64,000 nt of DNA from NCBI RefSeq assembly GCF_009914755.1, contig NC_060927.1. The stretch is one strand, 5' to 3'. This stretch comes from the human T2T-CHM13v2.0 reference genome, Homo sapiens. Under the pieces are notes generated by a model. The model was not told the origin of the DNA and made no database searches. It saw only the letters and a list, made by a program, of their open reading frames with translations. Made by a program: the position numbers and the translations under genes. Positions 25,375 to 39,722 of the stretch are shown here, piece by piece; position 1 is the stretch's first letter, and the number at the start of each line of letters is the position of its first letter.

Positions 25375-25670
25375 TGCTGGAGCACTGAAGCCTTCACCTT
25401 GCTGGCATAGTCTTCCTCAAGCTCTCTACAGGGCTAGATCTTCCTCACCCTACAGGTCTCAGCTTAAATGTCACATCCTGCTTTCCTCTCCTCCTCCTTC
25501 AAAATTAATATCTAAAATCCCAGCTTGTTTCTTGATTTATGCATTTATTGTCTGTCTTCCCTAGAAGTAAGCTCCATGAGACCAGAGACCTATTTTGTTC
25601 GTTTCACATTCCTCAGTGGCAGACAGTAAGCACTTAATAATTGAGCAAATGAATGAACAAACGAATGATG
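25375..25670 (+). mobile_element. L2 3' fragment
   Basis: TCTCAGCTTAAATGTCAC...AAGCTCCATGAG...(AATG)-like tail. Confidence 0.65.
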
Positions 25671-26288
25671 AAGTGACAAGATCGCTCTGCCATCCAGGGA
25701 GACCCTGTGCCCTTTGTCCTTTCTTTCCATGACATGATATAATGATAAAGACACTGAATTCAGAAATGAGAGATTCTAGTGGAAATGAAGGCTCCAATGA
25801 CAAGAGTGTGGACATGTTGTGCAGGGGTTTATAGAAGCCACCGAAAGATGTGGGAGGAGTTCCAAGGAGGCAGGCTGAAGATTATGATACTGGCATCCCT
25901 GCAAGGCTCCAATTGGAATGTCTGGCGGGGGGTCGGGGGCGAGGGGGAGGTCTGAAGCCACCCTCAGGGTCCCCACTCACCTGGAAGTCCACCAGTGCCT
26001 GGTCCTACATGACAGGACAAAGGGAAAAACCTGAAGAGAGGCTTGGGCCTTTGGTGAACTCTGTGTCTCTTGGTTCAGCATATGTACTTACACATGTTCT
26101 TTTAGACATAAAGGTTCAGCTGGACTCCAGAGTCACCAAGACCTTTTAGTTATGTGAGCAGACAGATACACAGAAGATCTTTCAGAGTTACTTAAAATTG
26201 GAAACATATGCCATAGGGAATTAAAGCCAGGCAAATATCATATTCAGAATTGAAACACATAATGCATAACTATAAAATAATGCAAATG

Positions 26289-26289
<1 letters not shown>

Positions 26290-26330
<41 letters not shown>

Positions 26331-26332
26331 AC
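26290..26332 (+). repeat. (CA)n microsatellite
   Basis: Read directly. Confidence 0.95.
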
Positions 26333-26344
26333 CCTGAATTTATG

Positions 26345-26770
26345 CTTCCACATGTGTGTAGTACATTTGAAAGTAGTCACCTTGAGGGTCACTGCACTTA
26401 TTCCAACAATGATTCCATTCATCAAACCACATTTGCATCTCCCTTTTTGGAATTTCCATGAGAAAATTAAGACAGTGGTTAAAGCACTGCCTCTTATGGC
26501 AAATTTTATCCATGTGGCTCTGTTTGATTTTTGAAAATGACCAAACAGAAATTCAGAGCATGTCTTAGTCTTAGAGGGCAACCAAGTGGGTAATTCCTGG
26601 TGTTTTTCTAAAATAATGAAGACTGGTTTTCTTGTCTGGTTCAGAAAGTAGCTTTAAAGGCAATAATCAAGAGTGAAATTCAAAAGAAGATGTTTCACTG
26701 GTAGCATCATTGAACAAACATATAATTCTCCAAGGTAGGAAATCTTGAAAGACAACATTCTTTGGAATCT
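26345..26770. mobile_element. Mariner-derived non-autonomous fossil (MARNA-like)
   Basis: Minus strand of about 26366-26440 translates as MQMWFDEWNHCWNKCSDPQGDYFQ, resembling the mariner transposase C-terminus; degenerate inverted copy at about 26668-26752. Confidence 0.6.
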
Positions 26771-27210
26771 ATAACATGTAATATATTTATTTTAAAGTTC
26801 CATATGATTGCTTACAGAATAACCTTTTATGGAAAAAGTAGCTTCAAATGCACACAACCCCCACTACTGAATCATTATGTGTTACATTAAGGAGCTGTAT
26901 GTTTCCATTCTGGTATCTCACATGAGAAATTAAAATATAATTTCTGTTGCTTTTCAGTCGGTCATAAGCAAGATCAGACGAATAGGAGGTAGACTGTTGT
27001 AAACACAATGAATCACTTGTTTTATAAAAGTCACAAGGCTGCATAACTATAATTTTGTTTTTTTAATACTTTTTACAAATAATGAATGCTCAAAGAAGAA
27101 AATTTAAAAAATAATAAGCTTCAGTAATAAGTAGCAAACACCTATAATCCCATCATCTATAAATAATCAAGGTAAACATCTGGGTGTATATCCTTCCAGA
27201 CCTTTCTGTA

Positions 27211-27242
<32 letters not shown>

Positions 27243-27244
27243 GC
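27211..27244 (+). repeat. (GT)n microsatellite
   Basis: Read directly. Confidence 0.95.
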
Positions 27245-27777
27245 ACTGTAGATAACAGACTTGGGATGCATGGTCTGTTCATCCACTTACTAGCTGTGGG
27301 ATGTTGGGCAAGGCACGCTATGCCCCTGCTCCATCATCTGTAAAATGAGAATAATGATGCATGCCTTGTGCATTGTTGTAACAATTGAATGGCACGAGGA
27401 ACATCAAGCTCATAGCCCCAGTGTCCAACACATAGTCAGTACTCAAATTAATTATATCAATGTTATTATTACATAATCCGGAAGGCAGCTGTTTTCACTG
27501 GAAATTATATTGTGTGTGAACATTCTCTTTGATATTACTTTAAATTCTATTACAAGAGTATAATTAAAACTTCGAGTTTTAATCTGTTACTCAGAACTCT
27601 CGATGAGTTGTTAAGTAGAAAAAGTTGTAGCTTGACATGAAGAGAGTGACATTAAAGCCACTGACAACAGTTAAAAAAAATACATATTCCCTGGGTTTCA
27701 TCATGAAACCAATGGAATGAGCATCTCTGACAGTGCGTTCAGGCACAAATATGTTAACATGAAAAAAAAGTATCCAT

Positions 27778-27972
27778 TTTGTCCCCCAGGGGACATTTGG
27801 TAATGTCTGGAGACATTTGTCATAACTGGGAAGAGGAGGGGGCATTATACTGGCATCTGGTGGGTAGTGGCCAGGGATGTTGCTAAACATCCTATAATGC
27901 ACAGCACAGCCCCCACAGCACAGAATTATCTGACCATTTGAAATATCAGCAGTACTGAAGTTGAGAAACTTG
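27778..27972 (-). mobile_element. MER20
   Basis: CCCCCAGGGGACATTTGGTAATGTCTGGAGACATT...GTTGAGAAAC. Confidence 0.85.
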
Positions 27973-28029
27973 TCTAATCCTAACTGGTTTTGTGATCGCA
28001 AACAAGTCACTCTCCCTAATAATGATGGT

Positions 28030-28285
28030 GATGTTCATGGAAGCTCATGTTTCCTGAGCACCAATGTCAAGCACTGTGCTGAGTGCTTCCCACAGGTTAT
28101 TTTGGTTTGTCTCCCGACAGTCCTATGATGTAGTCTCTATCATCATCCAAACTTTATTGGTGGGAAAACAGGCCTATGAAGATTAACTTTGCTCCAAACC
28201 ACACAGCTAACAAGTGGTTGAGCTCTAGTTGGAGCTCACATCATTCCATTGTTGAGCCCACGTTCCCAACTCTAGCACTCTTCTG
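28030..28285 (-). mobile_element. MIR (others at about 15240, 16930, 22200-22510, 27260-27450, 30570, 41070-41290, 43870-44010, 49890-50120, 52700-52830)
   Basis: Degenerate MIR core motifs (e.g. CAGATGAGGAAAC, CATCTGTAAAATG). Confidence 0.6.
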
Positions 28286-28334
28286 CCTCGCTCTGAGCTT
28301 CCCCATGTCTGTAGTTATTTATGGAGATATATTA

Positions 28335-28532
28335 TAATCCACAGTGGTAGAGATTCAATCTCGCATGCCAACTCCATTGGCATTTTAGCAGAAGCCTCGG
28401 ATATCATGTCAAGAAAGATTGTGTGGTCTGGATGGCTCAACAGAAAGAAAGCCATGATCGATTATTGATGTTTGCAATGGGCGTGGGTGGGGAAAGTAGT
28501 CGTACTTGTGCCACATATTTGCCATCCTTGGA
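28335..28532 (-). mobile_element. MER102-like hAT fossil
   Basis: Terminus GTGCCACATATTTGCCATCCTTG. Confidence 0.5.
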
Positions 28533-31500
28533 CCAGATGATCTTTATTTAAAGATCTTTCCAAGAGCCAACCACTGATGTTCCTATTTCTTCCCCCATAT
28601 ACAGCCTCAATTCTTGGCCAAGAGCCACTTGCAGATATGTGCTCATCAAAGAAAATCTAGGGCTGAGTAGTCTATTGCAAGGGTTTTATTCAATACACAG
28701 TTTTCCCTGGTTGCAGGAAAACTGCTGAAAACTCTCAGGTCCTCGCCTACATAAGACAGAAAACATCAAAGTTTGTGAAAATCACAGCACACCTCCACCC
28801 AGAGTCAAAGCCAAGAACAAACAACTTTGGGGGTTGGACTGATTTCATAAAATAATCTGAGTGACTGAAGTGGAAAACAGCAATGACTATGAACTTTAGG
28901 GAGGCCAAAAAATAATCTACTACATTTTTTTAAAATTATGCAATGTTTAGCAAACTGAGATCACTGCAAGAAAAAAAAGAAAGAAAAAGAATCACACAAA
29001 CTTTACTAAACAAAGTCACATACCAACAAACATTTAAACCACTGTAACCAAGATGAGGAACTGAAGCTTGTTTTTAGTTACAGAGATCTGAGGGATGGGG
29101 GTGGAAAATAAACAAAAATCCAAGAGGAAAATCATTAATAAGATACTCCAAACTATTTTCCCACAAATAATTTCTTTAAGAAAAAAAAGGCAAGCTATAC
29201 TGTATGTTTTCTTTTTTTAAAAAAAGGCCAATCTCCTGCATTCCCATCCAAATAAAACCTCTTTGCAAGCAGTCAACCGAAAGAAACTGAAATTCCATTA
29301 TCATAGCATTATGTCTGTGGGGTACCACTTCAGAAAATCCTCAAAAAAGAGCTGGGCAATTAATATAGGACTCTGTAATGAAGGGGAAAAGAAAATTAAA
29401 AAAAAAAACCCACCCAAAAAGAAACTACAACAAAACCTGGATTTACATGCTTGCAGTGTATAATTTCAAGAGCTTCCTGTTTACTAACAACAACAACAAC
29501 ACACACACACATACACACAAACCACCCACATCAAATTTTCCAGGAAGTTAGAGATTTAAATAAAACATTTGGACTTCTTTAGTAAAACAAATGTAATTTC
29601 TTCCTAAACCACCTCTATCACTGATGGATGAACTGGTGTAGCTTTTATTGAAGGAGTAGAAAACTAATTCTAGGGGTCATATTTCTCTCTGCCCGAAAGA
29701 TTCCAAGACATGTGGAGATAAAATAACAAATAATATATCAGTTTTTCATATGAAATAAGCTATTTTTTATCAAATCATCTTAAAGCAAAACAATCCGTCT
29801 CTGCAACACAAAAGCAAATAAGTATTGAAAACTTATTTAAGTAAGATCGATTTTGCTAATGTCAAGCTTAAGGCAACTCAGCAAGAAATGACAACAACTG
29901 TACTAAATTATCTACATTCGTGACATCTTAGCTGTGTCTACAAGGCACCAAAACACTGTGATGAAAAGTAAAAGTCAGTAATTGCCCAGATGTTATGTCT
30001 AGTCACCAACAGCTGGAACTTCCTCAGTATTTGCTCTCTCTCCCTTTCTCTCTAAGCATCTTTGGGAGTTTGCTAACAGACCTTTTCCCACCACTCCTCT
30101 CTGTGGCTTCACTCTGCTTTGGCCTTCGTGAGCCCCTTTTCAGCCAGGCTGCTCCTGGACTTATATGTTGACAGCTCATAGTGCACTGGGATGGAACCGA
30201 ATTCTTGTCTCTTGGAATTGTCTGAATTTAAAAATGCCTTTTCTATTAAGTCAAAGCCTATAACTCTGCCGTGATCATTCTAAGAGTTAAAGGAAGCAGA
30301 ATCACCTCCACAGCCACACCCTTTTCTTCTCTTCCAAATGTTCTTCTTATCTCAACCTACAGAAATGGCTTCTCTTGTAAGTAAAGGCTACTCCCTTCTC
30401 AAATCAACATCTTTAATGGCAAGAAGTCAGAATGAGAGTTCTCCAAACACCCTTCCACCTCTCCCCAAGCCTTCTTTCAATAATTCATTTTTATTTGGAG
30501 TTCCTACCCACAATGAAGCCACCATCTTTGCATCCAGAGAGTAACAGGACAGCATGCTTATGATAAGCTATAAAGTCACACAGCCCTGGGATCTAATCCT
30601 GGTTCAGCCACCTTATGACTTGTGTGACCTTGGGCAGGTCACTTCCCCTCTCCAATCTCCAACCTCCATGATCCACATCTGTGGATTGGATACATGCCTC
30701 ACAGAGTTATTTGAGGATTGTGCTAGCTCAAGTTTTCTGAGAAGCATTCACCAAGAAGGGATTACACGTGCAAGAGACATATTGGAGAAAATGTCTGTGA
30801 GGGAAAATGGAGCTGAAGGAGGCTAAAAGAGTGTCAGACCACAAAGCTGGTCTGACTGCAATGAGGGAGGAAGGATTTTGAGTTGGGAAAGTCTTAGGTT
30901 ATGGTGCAACTCCATCAAAGTTTCAGCAAGGTCAATGAAGCATCCTGGAGCCAAGTCACTTGTGTCTCATGGTAATGGGCCCGCATTAGTATTCCTGTGA
31001 CACTCAGACATTGGTCTGGAGAAGGCTGTGGGAAGCATGGCATTGATGCAAACATAGTGGTGAATTCAGTGTGCAGCAGTTGAGACCATCGGTCACTATA
31101 TGCTTCTGTCAGCGGGAAATCTGGGAAGGGCTTCTTCATGGCCACCACCAGGATTAAATGTAATAATGAACCCGAAGCTCCTACCTCTACCTCAGAGTAA
31201 GAGTGGCATAAAATAGGGGTGATGGTGATGGTGATGGTGATGACAATGATGGTGACTCACTCTTCCTATTTTACTAAAGTTCTTTGACTCTGACTCACGG
31301 TTTTTATCCACACATGTTCTGCCATCATGCTGTGAGGCTGCAAAATCCTTGTTAATGAGCTAATCTGGTGTATCCGTGTTCTCCTGTACTCAATTGACCT
31401 TCCCTTCCAAACACTTCAGCAAACACCTACTTGGCAATAACCTACATTTTATCATCACCCAAACAATCAAGATGAATCTTATGATCATCCTAGCTGGATG

Positions 31501-31997
31501 AAATATTCCCAATCTGGATGAAATCCTCTCCATCTGGAGAGATATTCTAGGCTACTAATGTAGGAAGAAGGGACTGAGACAAATCCTGGAAGATGCCCTA
31601 AGTGGAGGACACAGAGGTGGGAGTCCAGAAAGGCCAAGGTGGCTGAAACTCACAGGGCAGAGTATGAGAGGAGAGAGCTAACTGCAGAGGGTGCTCCAGA
31701 GACTTCCAATGAGTCCCTTGATTATTCAGCTGAGACCTGATCAGTCATGCATGTAAGGAAACTGTCCAAAGTCCGGGGGAAAAAACACACCCAAAAAGAT
31801 TAGAAAGAACAATTCCTAGAGAGCTCACAGATGGCCAGAAATAGCAGATGATCCCTATGGCCAGCGTGGAAAACCTGATAATTCACAAGGCATCAGGTAG
31901 AGTATTCAGAAGAGTCTTGCTTCAAGAGGTGGGAAATAACTAGCCCTCGATCAAATGCTGACCTGGTCCCACTCAACAAAGCTTAAAAGTAAGACCC

Positions 31998-32301
<304 letters not shown>

Positions 32302-32312
32302 GTAAGACCCAC

Positions 32313-32615
32313 GGCTGGGTGCGGTGGCTCATGCCTGTAATCCCAGCACTTTGGGAGGCCGAGGCAGGCAGATCACGAGGTCAGGAGATTGAGACCATCC
32401 TGGCTAACACTGTGAAACCCCGTCTCTACTAAAAATACAAAAAGTAGCCAGGCGTGGTGGCACACGCCTATAGTCCCAGCTACTTGAGAGGCTGAGGCAC
32501 AAGAATGGCTTGAATCCAGGAGGTGGAGGTTGTTGCAGTCAGCCGAGATCTTGCCACTGCACTCCAGCCTGGGTGACAGAGCGGGACTCCGTCTCAAAAA
32601 AAAAAAAAAAAAAAA
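32313..32615 (+). mobile_element. AluSc/AluY-type element
   Basis: GATCACGAGGTC, GGCTAACAC; TSD AAAAGTAAGACC(C/G)AC. Confidence 0.9.
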
Positions 32616-34073
32616 GTAAGACCGACTAAAAACAAACTGCTCCCAAGGAACTTAACCTTGTCCCAGAACAAAGCAAGAGAATGTTTACAGAAATAGAAAA
32701 ATATCCAGAACCCAACAAGGTAAAATTCACAGTGTCTGGCATCCTATCAAAAATTACCAGGCATGTAAAGAAGCAAGAAAATAGGACCTAAATTGAGAAA
32801 AATCAAAACCAACTCTGAAATGACACAGATGTAAGAATTATCAGATGAAAACCTTAAAAGTCATTATAACTGTGTCCCAAGGGAAATTTTTAAATATTTT
32901 GAATTGGATAAAAATAAAATACAACACATCAACATGTGTTGGATACAGCGATAGGAATGCTTGGATGGAAATTTATAGTATTAAATGTTTATTAGAAAAA
33001 GAGGTCTCAAATCAGCAATTTAGCCTCCAACGTAAGAAACAACAAAAATAAGAGCAAATAATCCCAAAGCAAACAGAAGAAATACCTAATAAATGAAATA
33101 ATTCTGTTTTCTGAAAACAGAAAACAGAAAAAAATCGATAAAACAAAAGCTGGTTCTTTGAGAAGATCAATAAAATTTATAAACCACTAGCCAGACTGAC
33201 AAACAAAAGCAGAGAAAAGACACAAATTACCAATATCAGAAATAAAAGGTGTTATCACTACAGACTTTACAGATACTAAAATTCTAATAAAAAATACTAT
33301 GACAATTATTTGCACATGAATTTAAAAACTTAGACATAATGGACCAATTTCTTAAAAGCAGCAAACTGTCAAAATTCACCCAAGAAGAAAAAAGTAACCA
33401 GAGTAATCTTACATTTATTTTTTTGAATTGAATTCATAGTTAGAAGTCTTCCCTTCGCCACAAAAAAAGCCAAACAAACAAACAAAAACTCCTCCAGTTT
33501 CAGATGATTTTACTGGCAAACTCTACCCAACATTTAAAGATGAAACAAAACCAATTCTAAACAATCTTTTCCAGAAAATAAAAGAGGTGGGAATACTTCC
33601 CAACTCATTCTATGAGGCCATCGTTAACCTGAGGCCAAAACCAGACAAAGTCAGTACAAAACTACCCTAGTGAATGTAGCTGTAAAAATCCTCAGCAAAA
33701 TATTAGCTAATAAAATCCTGCTATATATTTTTAAAAATACATCACAATCAAATGGGGTTTATCTCAGGAATGCAAGGCTATTTAATACATAACAATCAAT
33801 GTAATCACCATATTTAAGGCCTAGAAACACCACATGATCATATAATCGAAACAAAAAACACTTGATAAGCTTCAGTATCCATTTATGATTAACAAAACAT
33901 TTAGCACACTAGGAAATAAAGGGAACTTCGTGCTTAGTGGTGAAAAAGAGAATGCTCTCCCCCAAGATTAGGAACGTGACCACTCCTGTTGAACATTATA
34001 CTGGAAGTCCTAGAAGGTACAATAAAGCAAGATGTAATATTAAAAGACATCCAAATCAGAAAAAAAGAAATAA

Positions 34074-34373
34074 GTCACCTGGTGGCTCATGCTTGTAATT
34101 CCGGCACTTTGGAAGGCTGAGGTGGGAGGATCACTTAAGGCCAGGAGTTTGAAACCAGCCTAGGCAATAAAGGGAGACCCTGTCTCTACAAAAAAATTAA
34201 AAATTCGCCAGGCATGGGGGCACACACCTGTGGTCCCAGCTACTCAGGAGGCTGAGGCAGAAGGATTGCTGAAGCCCAGAAGTTCAAGGTTGCAGTGAGC
34301 TGTGATCACACCACTGCACTCCAGCCTGGATGACAGAGCAACACCCTGTCTCAAAAAAAAAAAAAAAAAAAAA
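34074..34373 (+). mobile_element. AluJ within L1
   Basis: Alu body and A tail. Confidence 0.88.
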
Positions 34374-34940
34374 GGAAAGAAAGAAAAGAAAAGAAGAAAT
34401 AAAACCATGCCTATTCACAGATAACATAACTGTCTATGTAGAAAATCCCAAGAAATCTATTTTTAAAAAAAACTCTTAGAACTATAAGTAAATTTAGTAT
34501 TACCATAGGATTCAAGCTCAGCATACAAAAATCTATTATATTTCTATAAATTAGTAATGAACAATTAGAACTCAAATTTTTTAAAATCCCATTTAGAATA
34601 GCTCTAAAAAAAGGAGGAAGTAATACTTAGGTGTAAATCCAGCAAAACATGTACAGGATACATAGGGTGATAATCACAAAATGCTAATGAAATAAATCAT
34701 AGAAAACATAAATAAATGAAGAAATAGACCATAGTTATGAATTGAAACACTCAAATTAGTTAAGATGTCAATTCTTCACAAATTGATCTATAAATTTAGT
34801 GGTATTCCAATCAAAATCCCAGCATAATTTTTTTGAAGATAAGGGCAATGTGATTCTAAAATTTATATGGAAAGGCAAACTAAAACATCAAAAGCAATTT
34901 TGAAAAAAGAATAAAATTGGAGGACTCACACTACTGATAG

Positions 34941-35367
<427 letters not shown>

Positions 35368-35509
35368 TAGAGAGTCCAGAAATAGATGTGGCCAGTTGAT
35401 TTTTGACAAAGGTACAAAGGCAATTCAATGGAGAAAGGATGGTTTTTCAATAATTGATGCTGAAACAAATTGACATACATAAGTTAAAAAAAAAAAAAAA
35501 GGAGCCTCA

Positions 35510-35670
35510 GCTGGTGCTGAGGTTAATGCCTGTAATCACTTTGGGAGTCTGAGATGGGAGGATCACTGGAGCCTGAGAGGTAGAGGCTGCATTGAACAAT
35601 GATCTTGCCACTGTACTTCATCCTGGACAACAGAGTAAGACTCTATCTCAAAAAAACAAACAACAAAAAA
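35510..35670 (+). mobile_element. Internally deleted or monomeric AluJ-like element
   Basis: Left-arm start joined to right-arm end. Confidence 0.65.
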
Positions 35671-36304
35671 GGTACCTGTACTTTACACCTTATACAAAAA
35701 TAAATTCAAAATGGATCACAGATCATAGATCATAGATATAAAATGTAAAATGACAAAACTGTTAGAAAATCAGAGAGGAGAGTAGCTTGTGACCTTATGT
35801 TAAGCAAAAAGTTTTTAGTTATGAGATCAATAGCCACATCCATATCAGAATAATTGATATATTGAATTTCATCAAAATTCAAAACTTTTGCTATGCAAAA
35901 AAACACGAAAAGACAAGCTAGTAAATGGGAGAAAGTATTTGGAAATCACATATCCAACGATGGACTTGTATCCAAAATATGCGAACAACTCTGAAAATGC
36001 AACAGAAATAAAAGAATCCAATTTCAAAATGAGCAAAAGGTTTGAACAGACACTTTGCAAAATGGATGGCAAAAAAAGAACATGAAAAGGTGCTGAACAT
36101 CACTGGCAATTTGAGAAATGCAAGTTAAAACCACAATGAGAACGGAGCAGGGAGCAGGGGCAGGGTCTGGTGTGGGGTGGGAAGGGCAAGGACTGTCAAT
36201 ACCAAGTGCTGACAAGGATATGGAGCAACAGAAATTCTCATACCTTCATGGTGTGAAAGCAAAATGATACAGCCACTCTGGAAAACAGTTTAACAATTTC
36301 TCGT

Positions 36305-36490
36305 TTCTTTTCTTTCTTTTTTTTTTTTTTTTTAATATAAGAGACAATGTCTTGCTCTTTTGCCCAGGCCCAGGTACAGAGGCATAATCATCACTCACTG
36401 AAGCCTCAAACTCCAGGGTTCAAGTGATCCTACCACTTTAGCCTCCGGAGTATCTGGGATTACATGTACAAACTACCATGCCCGGCTAAC
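36305..36490 (-). mobile_element. Alu right-arm fragment (J/FRAM-like)
   Basis: Poly-T followed by GAGACAATGTCTTGCTC; flanked by TAACAATTTCT repeats. Confidence 0.75.
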
Positions 36491-37319
36491 AATTTCTTTT
36501 AAATGTAAAGATGAATTTACCCAAAGGACCCAGCAATCTCACTCCTTTAATATTTACTTTAGATAAATGAAAACTTGTGTTCACATAAAAACTCATACAA
36601 AAAAAGTTTATAACTTAATGTCCCTGAACTTTACACTTAAAAATGGTTAACTTTAATGTTATATATATTTTACTTCAATAAAAGAAAAAAAACACACCTC
36701 TGCTTTCTGAAAGGAAAAAAATGTTTATAACAGCTCTATTTATAATTGCCCAAAACTGAAAGCAACCCAAATGTCCTTGAACAGTGAATGGATAAACCAC
36801 CTATGGTACATCCATACCACAGGACACTACTCAGTGATGAAAAAGAACTATTAATGCACCTAACAACTGGGATGAATTTTAAAGGCACCATGTTGAGTGA
36901 AGACAGGTAACCGGAAAACATTACGTAATATGTGATTTTATTTATGTGACATTTTGCAGAAGGCAAAATTATGGGGATTGAAAACAGCTCATTAATTGCT
37001 AGAAGTGGGGCAGTTTTGACTACAAAGGGGTAGTGCAAGAGTTTCTGGGGGTGATGACACTGTTCTGTATCCTGATTGTAGTGTTGCCTACGTGAAGCTA
37101 TGCATGTGATAAAACTCATAGAACTTTACACCAGAAAAGGTCAAATTTATGGTACATTAATCTAAAATTAGTAATTAATAAAATGGAAATAATTATCAAA
37201 CCCATCATCTTTTTAACAACAGCCACTCCTGCCACCAAATACACAAACAAAAACCAGAGACACACCATTCCCCTGTCCCTGCATTCCATAATGATTAACG
37301 GAGGCCACTCGATAGCTAC

Positions 37320-37990
37320 CACTTAGTCCTCATTCTTCCCTACCATTTTGGCTGAAGTGCATCAGGTTCTGTTGATAGTAGCATCTGAAATGTCTCTTGA
37401 ATGGTTTCTCTCTTTGCTAATCCTAACATGACTTCTCCAGTTCTATAGTCTAAGAACTCTGGTTTGGATTATTTTTGTAGCCTCCAAAATGGTTTCCCCA
37501 ATCTGTTTCAATTCATCCTTTGAATTTTCACCAGATCTCTACATGACCATCTTTTGCTTAAAACAAAAAGAAATCCTCCAACGATCTGCCATCATCTCCA
37601 AGATAAAGTGTAAACTTTACTTCCAATTTTCTCCACATCGATCTTTTTACACCTCCTGAAGTAGGCTGCCCTTTCTCACGTCCCCGCCTTTAATTAAGTT
37701 GTTCCCTCCTCTTAGCTTTCCTTTTTCATTTGAAAACATCCTTTAAAGTCTCATCCAAATATTCCTAGGCAGCATTTTTCACACTCCCCAACTCCCCTCC
37801 CTTTAGTCCCCTAGCACTTTTTCCATCCTTCTGGTGGAGAACTCAGCAGGTTTGGGGGCTGCAATGTTCCAGTCCACTTCCCCACAAAATGGTCAGCTGC
37901 TCGAGGACAGGGACTGTGTCTCATCTATTTCCAATGCCAAACACAGTGCCTGGCACTGAGTGGGGGTGCTCAGATCGCATTTGTTGAAAT
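37320..37990 (+). mobile_element. L2 fragment
   Basis: CTCGAGGACAGGGACTGTGTC...CACAGTGCCTGGCAC...ATTTGTTGAA. Confidence 0.6.
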
Positions 37991-39047
37991 AAAAATTAGA
38001 ATAACTGCTATCAACTTAGTAAAATGTCACCTGGACTTTCAATTTTTCACTCCACAGTCCTGGTGTCCTGGAGAAACAGCTTCAGTCATTAGTGCATTTT
38101 TACCCATTTGTTAAGAAGTTCTTATTGGGAGTTTACTCTGTGCAGGGTACCAAAGGCTGGGGGTGAGGGGGCGGGTATACAAGAGTGGGAAAGGACAGAT
38201 GCATACACTGAAGGAACCTAATGATGTTCAGACAAGATTAATGCCCCAGATCTTGACTCCTTTTAATATTTATTCTAATACCATTTTTCCTCTTTAATAG
38301 AATATGAGAGTCATTCCGATTTCAATAATTCAGAATATATTCCTGACTTGAATATGGGTTAGTCCTCTAACTACATTTACTGTCCTTCTGGAATAATTTC
38401 TTGCTTTCTGATTTGGGCCTTCATTAGTTGTCTTTTTTTCTTTTTAATCAGTTCTTCTCCTCACCCACAATTTTTCTTTCACTACATTATTAAATCTGTC
38501 TCCTTTTAAAATGTTTTTGGATTTCAAGTATGAGATACATGGTTTAATCTCGAAAGATTTTGTTTTTAATGTTGTCATTCAAATTTTTAGAAAAATCAAA
38601 AGAGAAAGAGTATTATCCCTGAAAGCCTAAATGATAGAATCAACCTATGCTCTCTACACCCGCTGTCCGGGATTCAAGCAACACATTACTGCAGGGCTTG
38701 GCAACTTTATAAGTATTTGGAGATAAAACTGCCTGATCACTTTTGTAAAAGGAGCTTTTAATTTGTAAAAGCAGTAATAAACTCTCATTTTAAGAAAGAG
38801 ACTATAATCTTAGGCTTTGTTTTAAAAATGTATTATATTGAACAGTGGCCTAAGCTTTTGTGATCCTGTACACCTAACAGTAAAATGTTTTGAGCCTGCA
38901 CAAATATATGTATTTTTACTCATTTATAAATTATATATGTATACATAAACAACTATACTAATGTACTGATATGTATATGTACAACTGTGCTGATGTGAGC
39001 ATCACAATGCATGCATTTAACATTAAATTTTAAAGAATGAGATTAAA

Positions 39048-39722
<675 letters not shown>

